From Candidatus Moraniibacteriota bacterium (GTDB lineage Bacteria; Patescibacteriota; Minisyncoccia; Moranbacterales; GCA-2747515): a DNA stretch of 64,000 nucleotides. Both the position numbers and the translations under genes were made by a program. Shown here piece by piece: positions 19,436-29,359 of the stretch (position 1 is its first letter; every line of letters starts with the position of its first letter). The notes below the pieces were generated by a model. The model was not told the DNA's origin and did no database searches. It saw only the letters and a list, made by a program, of their open reading frames with translations. The stretch lies in contig CP175956.1 of the NCBI GenBank assembly GCA_046116545.1, positions 641,734-705,733 on the forward strand, in the 5' to 3' direction.

Positions 19436-19480
19436 AAAAACCCCGATCACATAACATGTGGTCGGGGTTTTAAATTTTTT
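19436..19480 (+). terminator. rho-independent terminator
   Basis: aaaaaccccgatcacataacatgtggtcggggttttaaatttttt. Confidence 0.85.
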
Positions 19481-19610
19481 GTATGTTAAGTATAGAAAGG
19501 TACAATATTAATGTGCTTGAGTTTTTAAGTAGATAACGAAAAGTTAATATTGTAGATATAAATTTTTAGTGTTAATATATAAGATATAAATAATAAAATA
19601 AATATAAAAT

Positions 19611-20906
19611 ATGAAGTATAAAAAAAATACAATACTAGTACTTAGTGCAATATTTTGTTTTGCACTTGTTCAAAATGTTAAGGCAGCGACTACAACTTTT
19701 ACAGTAGAACAATTAGAAGCTGCAAACAGCATTGAAAATGCAATTTTATTAGAAGATGGTGATGAGTACAGATATGATGGTGTGCTTACAACAAAGCAAA
19801 ATCCAAAAAGTGAAACATTTTTCAAAATTCCTGTAGCATCTGGAGAAAGATTGGGTTTGCATGGTATTTTTGGTAAAGAAAACTATACACGTCCAGGATT
19901 AACCTTTTTTAGAGTAAATGGTGATCAATTTGCCAAAACAATAAACATGGAAAATGAAGAAAATACAAGTGTTTATTATACAGTTGGTAATGATGTGCAG
20001 GAGAGAGCTTTCTCTGATGATATGATTTATATCAATCTGCATTTTGATAATTTTGCAGGACATAGTGAAAAGGGCTATCAATTTACAGTAGGAATAGATA
20101 ATAAGGGTGACGCAAGAACACAGCTAGATGCAGCTGATGTAGTGGAGGAGGCACTTGTTATCAAAGAAGGTGTATATGAGCAGAACTTTTTGACAGAAGC
20201 TGGAGATACTGCAAACGGAGGTACAAAAATGTATCTTGCAGATGATGATACAGATTGTTACGCAATTGACTTTGATGCTGACAAGATGGTTAAATTTAAA
20301 ATTACGCCAGACAGTGATCTCGGTAACGGTGCAGCTGCATTGAGTTTAATCGTGCGAGATAGCGATAATATAGTAAGGGGAAAAAGTACTTCACGTTCAG
20401 GTGGAGCATTTTTTGTTGATGCAGAGGTGAGTGCTGGAGATACTCTTTATTTTTGTATTACTGATAAGACATACTCATCTTTTTTTGGAACGTATAAGAT
20501 GGATATTAGCAGTACACCAATTGAGAAACAAGATGATAAGGATAATAAAGACGCTATAGTGATGGGTGTTACTAATGATGGTATTAATAAGGAATCTAAT
20601 GAGTTTGTTGATAATACTGTTGATTTAGGAGAGAAAGTTACAAATGGAGTCGAAACTGCTAAAAAAACAGTAAAAATTATTGTTATAGGTATAGTAGGTA
20701 TAGGACTTTTGTTTGTAATTAGCATAATTGCAATCATTGTATATATTGTGAAAAAATCAAAAAAAAGAAAACTTGAGGCAACAACTTCTGTGGCAAATAC
20801 AAGCACACAAGATACCTCTATACAACAAAATGCACCTCAATCAACTCAACAATCAATGGCACAACCTTCACAAAATGATGATCAGAATAATAACATCACA
20901 AATTAG
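19611..20906 (+). CDS. surface/secreted protein with signal peptide, PPC-like beta domains, C-terminal TM anchor and Q/S/T-rich tail
   Basis: N-terminal signal peptide, hydrophobic helix near residue 350, low-complexity polar tail. Confidence 0.5.
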   Translation: MKYKKNTILVLSAIFCFALVQNVKAATTTFTVEQLEAANSIENAILLEDGDEYRYDGVLTTKQNPKSETFFKIPVASGERLGLHGIFGKENYTRPGLTFFRVNGDQFAKTINMENEENTSVYYTVGNDVQERAFSDDMIYINLHFDNFAGHSEKGYQFTVGIDNKGDARTQLDAADVVEEALVIKEGVYEQNFLTEAGDTANGGTKMYLADDDTDCYAIDFDADKMVKFKITPDSDLGNGAAALSLIVRDSDNIVRGKSTSRSGGAFFVDAEVSAGDTLYFCITDKTYSSFFGTYKMDISSTPIEKQDDKDNKDAIVMGVTNDGINKESNEFVDNTVDLGEKVTNGVETAKKTVKIIVIGIVGIGLLFVISIIAIIVYIVKKSKKRKLEATTSVANTSTQDTSIQQNAPQSTQQSMAQPSQNDDQNNNITN

Positions 20907-21009
20907 TACTGCTTTAAGAAACCTCATTGTCTTATTGATGATGAGGTTTTATTGTCTTTAATAATAAAAAAGTATAAAATAGAGTTAATAACATAATTTA
21001 TATATAGAT

Positions 21010-21438
21010 ATGGAAAAAATAATAATTTATACAGATGGTGGTTCACGTGGAAATCCTGGTCCGGCAGGTATTGGTATTTGGATTGAATCACTAAATAAAA
21101 AATATGGGGAGACAATTGGAGATGCTACCAATAATGATGCCGAATATCAAGCTCTCATTTTTGCTTTGAAAAAAACTAAAGCATTATTAGGTAAACAAAA
21201 AGCAAAGCAAGTATCTCTTGAGTGCAGACTAGATAGCGAACTAATTGTGAAGCAATTAAATCATGAATATAAGATATCAAAAGAAAACATGCAAGGTTAT
21301 TTCATAGAAGTATGGAATACAATGCTAGATTTCAATGAAGTTACATTTTTACATGTGCCTAGAGAGCAAAATAAAATTGCTGATGCAATGGTAAACCAAG
21401 CGCTTGATGGGGAATTGGGAGAAGGTGGTTTATTTTAA
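21010..21438 (+). CDS. rnhA: ribonuclease HI
   Basis: IYTDGGSRGNPGPAGIG...NNDAEYQALIFAL...D RNase H catalytic motif pattern. Confidence 0.85.
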   Translation: MEKIIIYTDGGSRGNPGPAGIGIWIESLNKKYGETIGDATNNDAEYQALIFALKKTKALLGKQKAKQVSLECRLDSELIVKQLNHEYKISKENMQGYFIEVWNTMLDFNEVTFLHVPREQNKIADAMVNQALDGELGEGGLF

Positions 21439-21439
21439 T

Positions 21440-21490
21440 AAAAAAATGACTCACTCTCTATTGTAGAAAGTGAGTCAGTGGGTTTTTCAG
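21440..21490. terminator. tandem and bidirectional terminator hairpins
   Basis: tgactcactctctattgtagaaagtgagtca and tttcaggttaattaacctgaaaa between convergent genes. Confidence 0.7.
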
Positions 21491-21491
21491 G

Positions 21492-22244
21492 TTAATTAAC
21501 CTGAAAACGTTCAGTCAATATTTTAAATGACTGTACGTTTTGTTGTTTCTTAGGCAATGCATCAAAAGCAATTGACGCAAAGTATGTTGCTTTGAGTTGC
21601 ATTGTATCCCAAGGTAATCTGTCAAAGTCGACAGTATCACCAATTTTTTGGTAATAAAATTCTGTTAAATCGAATTTTTTTACAACACTTGCTACGGCAG
21701 GGTTTCCACTGTGTAAGCATTTCTCAATAAGACATCTGTTGTTTCGAAGGACAGCTCCAGACAAATAATCTTCTGCAAGAACTTGCGCAAAAATCCTGCG
21801 CACCTTTTCAGACGGTTCAGCCTTGTGGGCCAAGTCATATTCATCAAAAGTATATCCGCAAAACGATACTCTTGGAACTGTTCGCATAAAATATAGATTA
21901 TGATTATATGCCGTTATGTCATCGATGACACAACAGAGAATATCATGCAAAAACCAAAAAGGACGCTCACGAAAGATCATTCTGATAATCTGATAATCCG
22001 AAGAAACTTCCAGTGCTCCATGTTCACCGCATACTTGATCGGTGAATGAATCATAAGGCACATGATTATACTCAAGTGCTTCCTGGATAGTAAACCATAC
22101 ACAACCCCATTCTTTTTTGCAAGATCTGGGAATATGTACTTTATGGCATTTGATTTGGAGATACGTACCACCTCTATTACTGTCATTCAATCGTTGAATT
22201 TCTGTTGTAGGGCTTTGTAGAACCTCTTTTAATGTCATGGACAT
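21492..22244 (-). CDS. hypothetical protein encoded by locally GC-enriched DNA
   Basis: 250 aa; visibly higher GC than its flanks; no family recognised. Confidence 0.45.
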   Translation of the reverse strand: MSMTLKEVLQSPTTEIQRLNDSNRGGTYLQIKCHKVHIPRSCKKEWGCVWFTIQEALEYNHVPYDSFTDQVCGEHGALEVSSDYQIIRMIFRERPFWFLHDILCCVIDDITAYNHNLYFMRTVPRVSFCGYTFDEYDLAHKAEPSEKVRRIFAQVLAEDYLSGAVLRNNRCLIEKCLHSGNPAVASVVKKFDLTEFYYQKIGDTVDFDRLPWDTMQLKATYFASIAFDALPKKQQNVQSFKILTERFQVN

Positions 22245-22427
22245 AATAGTTCCTCCAAGGAGTAATATTTAAGGTGATTTACCTAAATTAATTTTTCAAG
22301 AACAACACAAAAGTATATCACATAATAAGTCATTTGTCAAGATTGCTCATTTATGCGAGATATGCTAAATTTAACTAAATAATCATTTGGTAGAAAGTGA
22401 TTATTTTTATATATAAACGTAATAAAC

Positions 22428-22670
22428 ATGAGTAAAAACAAACGATTTTCTCGGGGAAACCTCATTTTTCTTTTTGTTGCAGCTTTTTTAGCTGGTGCAA
22501 TTGCAAAAAAAGCAATTGGGAATAATATACGTATAGGATTTGATGATCCAAATACTATTATTATGCAGGGAGAACTGTATGATATCGATGAACTTGAGCA
22601 GAAATTGTTAAAAAATGGAATTCCAAAAGAAATGCCAATAGAAGAAGTTATTGAGATAGATATTAAATAA
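22428..22670 (+). CDS. small membrane-anchored protein
   Basis: 80 aa with N-terminal TM helix. Confidence 0.35.
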   Translation: MSKNKRFSRGNLIFLFVAAFLAGAIAKKAIGNNIRIGFDDPNTIIMQGELYDIDELEQKLLKNGIPKEMPIEEVIEIDIK

Positions 22671-22704
22671 TGAAGATAGATTGATTTAATTTTGTAAAAA
22701 GCTT

Positions 22705-23904
22705 ATGTCAAAAAAAAGTAATAAGAAATCGGAGAAGAAGGTGAACAAAGAATCAAAAAAAGATGCCGATGTTAAGAAAAAAGTTAGTAAAAAAGATAAT
22801 AAGAAAAAAACTACTACTATTGAAAAGAAAAAAAAGATTTTAAAAAAGGATGACGAAAAACAATCAAGATGTGACAAGTTGCAAAAGAATAATAAAACAC
22901 TTCTTGCAATAGTTATTCTATTGGCTGGAATTGCAGCTGGTTCATTTTTTGTGGATATCGCACAATTATTTAGCGGTAAAGGATTTTCAGCTCGTGCTTT
23001 GAAAGATGCACAAGTTGTTGAATATGATGGTAATACTTGGGTACGATATGATGATCCAAAAGTTGTTGTTGATGTATTTGATGCTACGGATTGTGAAGAT
23101 TGTGTTACTGATGAGGTATTGGTAAGACTTCGTTCACTTATTCCAACACTAGAAGCTCATAGAATAGATGTGCGAACTGAGGAGGGTAGTCAATATGCGA
23201 GGGAAAATGATATTAAACATATTCCAGCATTTCTTTTTACTGATGACATTATTGATTCTGATTTTTATCAAGGTGCTGCAATTTTATTTAAAGATGCGCC
23301 AAATGATAAATATTACTTTGAGGCAGCAAATGTAGGTGTGCCAATTGGAGAATATCTAGAAACTCCATCAGCTGACAATGGAATAGTTATCGGAAATGAT
23401 GATGCGAAAGTTGATGTTGTGGTATTTACAGATTTTACTTGTGCTATGTGTAAAACCGTAGATCCTATAATTAGTAAAATTCAAGAAGAATTTAAGGATG
23501 ATGTTAAAATTATTGTAAAAACTGTTCCAGATGCGGAACAAAAAAATGCGATGAAATTGGCTAATGCAGCTGTATGTGCAGATGAACAAGATGCTTTTGA
23601 TAAATATGGTGCTATTATATTTAAAAATCAAAAAATCCTGAAGGAGTCAGATGATGTAAATATTACATTGATCAAATATGCAACAAGCTTAAAGTTAGAT
23701 GCAGAAAAATTTGAAGAATGTCTGAACAGCAAAGAAATTGAAGAAAAAGTAAAGGATAATATAACAGAAGCATCAAGATTTGGAATAACAGGAACTCCAA
23801 CATTATTCATAAATGGACAACCACATGTAGGAGTAATAACTTATGAAAACTTAAAAGAACAAATTGAAGCAATTGTGAATCCTGAAGAATCTGTGCAAGA
23901 ATAA
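22705..23904 (+). CDS. membrane-anchored DsbA/BdbD-like thiol:disulfide oxidoreductase with Lys-rich N-terminal tail
   Basis: K-rich disordered N-terminus, TM helix, two thioredoxin-like regions with CEDC and CAMC motifs. Confidence 0.65.
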   Translation: MSKKSNKKSEKKVNKESKKDADVKKKVSKKDNKKKTTTIEKKKKILKKDDEKQSRCDKLQKNNKTLLAIVILLAGIAAGSFFVDIAQLFSGKGFSARALKDAQVVEYDGNTWVRYDDPKVVVDVFDATDCEDCVTDEVLVRLRSLIPTLEAHRIDVRTEEGSQYARENDIKHIPAFLFTDDIIDSDFYQGAAILFKDAPNDKYYFEAANVGVPIGEYLETPSADNGIVIGNDDAKVDVVVFTDFTCAMCKTVDPIISKIQEEFKDDVKIIVKTVPDAEQKNAMKLANAAVCADEQDAFDKYGAIIFKNQKILKESDDVNITLIKYATSLKLDAEKFEECLNSKEIEEKVKDNITEASRFGITGTPTLFINGQPHVGVITYENLKEQIEAIVNPEESVQE

Positions 23905-23928
23905 TAATATTCTGAAATGAAATAATTG

Positions 23929-23966
23929 TAGTGGACGGGCATGCCCGTCCACTACTTTTTTAATTG
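23929..23966 (+). terminator. rho-independent terminator
   Basis: gtagtggacgggcatgcccgtccactac followed by tttttt. Confidence 0.85.
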
Positions 23967-24090
23967 ACTGTCTTTAAAAATGAATGTTATACTACTTTCA
24001 AGTTTTAAATTGGTTGTTTAAAAGTAAAATATATTGTAAAGGGGATAAAATCATGACAGTAGAAACAAAATTTTTTGGAGGAATAATTAA

Positions 24091-24579
24091 ATGAAGAAAA
24101 AGCAGATATCCAATATTATTTATGTAATTGGAGCATTGCTTATTTTGGAATTATTTTTTGATTTCATATTGGGCGTGCAAGTATTTAATATAAAACTGGT
24201 AGATCCCGCAGCTCATGCATTGAACACGATTTTAAGGGGCTTTATTTTTTATTTAGTAGTTCCAATAATAATAGTGTGGAGAATTGCTGTTAATTGGAAG
24301 TATATACATCCATTTTTAATTTGGATACAAATCGGGATGGGTACTACTATTGGCATGGGTATGGCTGGGATAGCATTAGTAATAGGTATGTACGAAGGGA
24401 CTCCAAGCAAATTGAGAGCTATCGCAATATTTTCATTTTTTTTAGTGAATGCTATATTTCTTTTGTCTAATCTTTTATATAGACATGTGAAAAAAGATTA
24501 TGATAATATGCCATCATTCAAAGAGTTGAAAGACTGTCAGGATGCTGGAAAAATAGAGCAGTATCAAGTGAATAATTAA
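24091..24579 (+). CDS. hypothetical polytopic membrane protein
   Basis: 162 aa, 4 hydrophobic helices. Confidence 0.4.
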   Translation: MKKKQISNIIYVIGALLILELFFDFILGVQVFNIKLVDPAAHALNTILRGFIFYLVVPIIIVWRIAVNWKYIHPFLIWIQIGMGTTIGMGMAGIALVIGMYEGTPSKLRAIAIFSFFLVNAIFLLSNLLYRHVKKDYDNMPSFKELKDCQDAGKIEQYQVNN

Positions 24580-24599
24580 TTCAAGGAGAAACAAAAAAA

Positions 24600-24989
24600 A
24601 TGTTACCACCAAAAGAAGGTACTGAAACTCGTACTAAATGTCCTGTAATAGGATGTGAGTCTTTCCTGCTAACAGCTTATAAAACAAAGGTTTTCTACAA
24701 ACAACTTATTCTCAAATGTGATAATTGTGGACATGAAAAAGATGACGATGACTCATTACTACCATTGATTAGCAAGAGTTATGGTAAGTGTCCAATTGAA
24801 ACTGTTGATGTAGATAGATTAGCTGATGAACTCCGTTGCAAGATCTGTAACGATGAAACTACATCTTTTGTTTTCCCTGAAAAAATTGGAAAACAAGAAA
24901 GTATGCATAAATATACTTGTTGTGAGACAATTTCTTGTTATTTTGAATTAGTTAAAAGACTTGAAAATGGCAAATTTAACACAAAATAA
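24600..24989 (+). CDS. Cys-rich protein with multiple zinc-ribbon motifs
   Basis: CPVIGC...CDNCGH...CKIC... pattern. Confidence 0.4.
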   Translation: MLPPKEGTETRTKCPVIGCESFLLTAYKTKVFYKQLILKCDNCGHEKDDDDSLLPLISKSYGKCPIETVDVDRLADELRCKICNDETTSFVFPEKIGKQESMHKYTCCETISCYFELVKRLENGKFNTK

Positions 24990-25017
24990 ATTAAGTACAA
25001 AAGTAGGAGGAGTTATA

Positions 25018-25449
25018 ATGAGTTATACTTTCAAGCGGCTTTCTATCATGCTAGGTTCTATTTGTATCAGTTTGGGTATTGTTTTTTATTTGACGCATAG
25101 TGATGAACCACCCAGAATCATGGAGAGTGGCAAATACACATCTGAACGTTGGTTAAGCTGGTCAGAACATGCTTACTATACGCGAGATGCTGATGGAGAA
25201 ATGTGTGATATTTTGTTATTCAACTATACATTTACTCATAAGCTTTACCATTATTATGATGAAGATTGTGATGGCACTGCAGATTTTGTGGATGATACAA
25301 GACAAGTTACGTTAGAAGATGGCAGTGTAGCTTTGATTGATATAAAAGTGCCACATTATACAGCGGGGCGCACAATCGAGTTTCACAGGATGAACAATGC
25401 ATTTATATCCTTTCGCAGAGAATACGATGCGGTTTTAAAAGGTATATAA
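25018..25449 (+). CDS. membrane-anchored hypothetical protein
   Basis: Start at MSYTFK preceded by AGGAGG RBS; single N-terminal TM; terminator hairpin at 25460-25495. Confidence 0.4.
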   Translation: MSYTFKRLSIMLGSICISLGIVFYLTHSDEPPRIMESGKYTSERWLSWSEHAYYTRDADGEMCDILLFNYTFTHKLYHYYDEDCDGTADFVDDTRQVTLEDGSVALIDIKVPHYTAGRTIEFHRMNNAFISFRREYDAVLKGI

Positions 25450-25529
25450 AAGATAAGGATGAAATTATTATACAATAATTTCATCCTTTTTTATTTGCAT
25501 TTTATTTTTTAGTATGTATAATTGTATTT

Positions 25530-25750
25530 ACAAGTGTCTATGAAGCCGCAACACGGTGGAGATTGAGGAAGAAATCTGTGATTATTTACAGAAATTAGAA
25601 CCTCTCGGTCATTAGTGTCCGTTATCACTCATTAATAAAGTGAATAACTTGGGTTAAGTTATTAATTGCGGTGGTACCGCGGTTTTGTTTAAGAAATCGT
25701 CCGTTAGAAACAAATTAATTTTTGTTTTTGATGAACGATTTTTTTAATTT
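25530..25750 (+). promoter_or_regulatory. T-box riboswitch leader upstream of aspS
   Basis: AATTGCGGTGGTACCGCGG at 25664-25682 matches the T-box consensus AAUUAGGGUGGNACCGCG, including the UGGU bulge; downstream hairpin plus T-run (25694-25748) ends immediately before the aspS start; promoter TTTGCA-17-TATAAT at about 25494-25522. Confidence 0.65.
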
Positions 25751-25768
25751 ATAGTTAAATATAAAATT

Positions 25769-27547
25769 ATGCTTAGAACTCATACGTGTGGGCAATTGTC
25801 CAAAGAAGATGTTGGTAAAAAAGTGACGTTAACTGGTTGGGTAAACCGGCGGCGTGATCATGGTGGCGTGATATTTATTGATTTACGCGATAAATATGGA
25901 CTTACTCAAATTACATTTAATCCTGAACAAAATATTGATGTACATACTTTGGCAGATAAGTTGCGTAGTGAGTGGGTTATACAAGTCATTGGTGAAGTTA
26001 TTGCTCGTCCAAGTGATATGGTGAACAAGAAATTAGATACTGGTGAAATTGAAATAATTGCTAGTGAGCTTGTGATTTTGAACGAATCAGAGACTCCGCC
26101 ATTTGAAATTGCTGATGATGAAAAAACTGCTGAAGCAGGAGAAGGAATTAGATTGAAGTATCGTTACTTGGATTTACGAAGAAAAAAAATTCAAAAACTG
26201 CTTGCTGATAAGGATTTGTTTATACAAGACATGAGAAGTTTCTTCCAAAAAAGAGATTTTCAAGAAGTACAAACTCCAATTCTTGCTAATTCAAGTCCAG
26301 AAGGCGCTCGTGATTGGTTGATTCCATCAAGATTGTATCCAGGCAAATTTTATGCATTACCACAAGCACCACAACAATTTAAACAGCTTTTGATGATAGG
26401 TGGTGTAGATAAGTATTTTCAAATAGCTCCTTGTTTCCGTGATGAAGATCCTCGTATGGATAGACATTTTGGAGAATTTTATCAACTTGATATGGAGATG
26501 AGTTTTGTTGAACAAGAAGATATTTTTGAAATCTTAGAAGAGTTGTGGATTGAGTTAACTGCTGCTCATAGTAATAAAGAGATTATTACTAAAGATTTTC
26601 CAAAGATTCCTTGGAAAGAATCTATGAATAAATATGGTTCTGATAAGCCAGATTTGAGATTTGACTTGGAGATTAAGGATGTTTCAGAGATCGTTGAGAG
26701 TTCTGATTTTGGTGTATTTGCTGGAGCTGTTAAAGATGGAGGCGTTGTGCATGCGCTTAAAATTGATGGAGGTGCAGAATTTTCTAGGAAAAATATTGAT
26801 GACCTAACAGAATTAGCTAAAACAAAAGGAGCTAAAGGACTTGCTTATATTGTAATGAAAGAAGATGGCTCATTGAAATCTCCGATTGTTAAATTTTTGG
26901 GCGATGAAGTATGTGCACAAATTATAAAAACTGTTGATGCTAGTGCTGGTGATATAATATTCTTTGGAGCTGACAAGTGGCGAACTGTATGTGAAAGCTT
27001 GGGAGTAGTAAGAAATGAGTGTGCAACTATGTTAAATCTAAAAGATAATACAAAAGCTTCATATGCTTGGATTGTGGATTTCCCAATGTATGATTATTCT
27101 GAAATTGAAGAAGGTAAAATTGACTTTTCCCATAATCCATTTTCTATGCCACAAGGTGGAATGGAAGCACTTGAAAATGAAGATCCTTTGGATATAGTTG
27201 CGTATCAGTTTGATTTAGTTTTGAATGGATTTGAAATTTCTAGTGGAGCAATAAGAAATCATTCTCCGGAACTTATGTACAAGGCCTTTGAAATAGCTGG
27301 ATATACAAGAGATGATGTAGATAGAGAATTTGGACATATGGTACAAGCATTTAAGTATGGAGCTCCACCACATGGAGGAAGTGCACCTGGAATTGATAGG
27401 GCATTCATGGTTTTGAAAGATTGTAACTCTATTCGTGATATCTACGCATTTCCAAAAGATGGACAGGGACGAGACGCAATGCTCGATTCACCTTCAGAGG
27501 TATCTGACAAACAGTTAGAGGAGTTAAGTATCAAAATAGTTGATTAA
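25769..27547 (+). CDS. aspS: aspartyl-tRNA synthetase
   Basis: 592 aa; class II motifs (FRDE, GGSAPGIDR), OB-fold anticodon-binding N-terminus. Confidence 0.95.
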   Translation: MLRTHTCGQLSKEDVGKKVTLTGWVNRRRDHGGVIFIDLRDKYGLTQITFNPEQNIDVHTLADKLRSEWVIQVIGEVIARPSDMVNKKLDTGEIEIIASELVILNESETPPFEIADDEKTAEAGEGIRLKYRYLDLRRKKIQKLLADKDLFIQDMRSFFQKRDFQEVQTPILANSSPEGARDWLIPSRLYPGKFYALPQAPQQFKQLLMIGGVDKYFQIAPCFRDEDPRMDRHFGEFYQLDMEMSFVEQEDIFEILEELWIELTAAHSNKEIITKDFPKIPWKESMNKYGSDKPDLRFDLEIKDVSEIVESSDFGVFAGAVKDGGVVHALKIDGGAEFSRKNIDDLTELAKTKGAKGLAYIVMKEDGSLKSPIVKFLGDEVCAQIIKTVDASAGDIIFFGADKWRTVCESLGVVRNECATMLNLKDNTKASYAWIVDFPMYDYSEIEEGKIDFSHNPFSMPQGGMEALENEDPLDIVAYQFDLVLNGFEISSGAIRNHSPELMYKAFEIAGYTRDDVDREFGHMVQAFKYGAPPHGGSAPGIDRAFMVLKDCNSIRDIYAFPKDGQGRDAMLDSPSEVSDKQLEELSIKIVD

Positions 27548-27565
27548 ATACGACTAAACACATAA

Positions 27566-27596
27566 TATCATAGATCTTTCAGAAAGATCTATGATA
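27566..27596 (+). terminator. rho-independent terminator
   Basis: catagatctttcagaaagatctatg followed by atattt. Confidence 0.7.
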
Positions 27597-27713
27597 TTTC
27601 TTACTATTGCAAAAATAGAAAAACCGTGATACTATTAAATCTACTGGAGTAATACAGGTTATTGTTGTGTTAAATTACAGTATTTATTTTATTTTCAAAT
27701 TAATTATAAAACT

Positions 27714-27911
27714 ATGGCAGTACCAAAGCAAAGACAGAATTCCTCAAGGCGTGATCGTCGTCGTTCACATAATATTGGGAAAATTAAAGTAGCTACTACA
27801 CAAAAATGTTCTTCTTGTGGAGAGCCAAAATTAGCACATCGTGTATGTGATGAATGTGGAATGTACCGTGGAGTACAATATAAAAAAGTTGTTAAAACAG
27901 TGAATGCGTAA
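27714..27911 (+). CDS. rpmF: 50S ribosomal protein L32
   Basis: MAVPKQRQNSSRRDRRRSH N-terminal signature plus CxxC...C zinc motif. Confidence 0.9.
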   Translation: MAVPKQRQNSSRRDRRRSHNIGKIKVATTQKCSSCGEPKLAHRVCDECGMYRGVQYKKVVKTVNA

Positions 27912-27961
27912 TCATTTTTTGCGTATTTTTGATTTTTTAAAATAAAATTCTATTAAAAATT

Positions 27962-28462
27962 ATGGCTAATCGACATCTACAACGCTCAATTGCAATGCAA
28001 AGTTTATTTGAATGGGATTTTCGTGGTCAAGAAGAAGATAAATTAAATGCAATAATTGTGCATAACTGTGAAGAGTTCGCACCTGGAGCAGATAATTTTT
28101 CTTTTGTAAATAGTCTTGTTTCTGGAACTGTATCAAAGTTAGAAGATGTTGATCCATTGATATCTAAATGTGCTCCAGAATGGCCACTTGATCAGATAGC
28201 TATTGTGGATAGAAATATTTTGAGACTTGGTACATATGAGTTGTTGTTTGGTAATTATGAAGAAACTCCTCCAAAAGTAGCTATAAATGAAGCAATTGAA
28301 TTAGCAAAAACTTATGGTGGTGATAGTAGTGCCAGATTTATTAATGGCGTACTGGGAACTATTTATAAGGAAATGGGAGAACCTATGAAAGATGATGATG
28401 CTGATAAAGCGCGTGAACGTCGTAGTGATGATGTAAAAAAAGAAACAGTTAAAGAAAAATAA
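27962..28462 (+). CDS. nusB: transcription antitermination factor NusB
   Basis: 166 aa all-helical; NusB-like RERALQ..LF pattern; conserved position before rnc. Confidence 0.65.
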   Translation: MANRHLQRSIAMQSLFEWDFRGQEEDKLNAIIVHNCEEFAPGADNFSFVNSLVSGTVSKLEDVDPLISKCAPEWPLDQIAIVDRNILRLGTYELLFGNYEETPPKVAINEAIELAKTYGGDSSARFINGVLGTIYKEMGEPMKDDDADKARERRSDDVKKETVKEK

Positions 28463-28543
28463 TCACATAATCAAAGTATATTCAATGTGTTTTTGTATCA
28501 GTTTATGATTTAAACACATTGGCTATCCTTTCTTAAATTTGAG

Positions 28544-29230
28544 ATGGATATAGAAAACTTTTCAAAAGTCTGTGGAGTAACAATAAAAAATAAAGACTAT
28601 TTTATAGAGGCGATGACACATCGTTCTTATTTGAATGAAAATAAAAATCATGGTTTTCCTCATAATGAGCGATTAGAATTCCTGGGAGATGCTGTATTAG
28701 AACTATCTGTTACTAGATATTTATTTGAGAATTTTAATAATCCTGAGGGAGAAATGACTGCATGGAGAGCAGCGCTTGTAAATGGTGAGATGCTTGCTAG
28801 AGTAGCTCGTGAAATAGGTGTTGAGCAGTTTTTGATGATGAGTAAAGGTGAAGCAAAAGATACTGGAAAGGCTAGAAGTTATTTACTGGCTAATTCAATA
28901 GAATCTATCATAGGAGCAGTTTATTTGGATAGTGGCTATGATGCAGCTGACAAATTTATCACAGAAAAAATAATATCACATATAGATGAGATTCTTGAAA
29001 AAAAGTTATACCTTGACGCAAAAAGTTATTTTCAAGAAAAATCACAAGAACATGTAGGAATTACTCCACATTATAAACTTATATCAGAATCTGGACCAGA
29101 TCATGATAGAACTTTCATTGTTGGAGTATATTTAAATAGTGAAAAGATTGCACAGGGAAGTGGCAGAAGTAAACAAGATGCACAGAGAGAGGCTGCAAAA
29201 GCTGGACTTGAGATTAAAAAGTGGGTGTAG
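28544..29230 (+). CDS. rnc: ribonuclease III
   Basis: ERLEFLGDAVLELSVTRYLF RNase III signature plus C-terminal dsRBD. Confidence 0.9.
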   Translation: MDIENFSKVCGVTIKNKDYFIEAMTHRSYLNENKNHGFPHNERLEFLGDAVLELSVTRYLFENFNNPEGEMTAWRAALVNGEMLARVAREIGVEQFLMMSKGEAKDTGKARSYLLANSIESIIGAVYLDSGYDAADKFITEKIISHIDEILEKKLYLDAKSYFQEKSQEHVGITPHYKLISESGPDHDRTFIVGVYLNSEKIAQGSGRSKQDAQREAAKAGLEIKKWV

Positions 29231-29359
29231 AGATTTTTTGCATTTTGACATTTAACTTGAAAAAGCTTATTATAAGAAGGTTGATTAATAATAATCAACT
29301 TTTTGTTTTTTTACATATGTTTTATTAATTATAAATCTTTGATAAAGGAGAAATGACTA

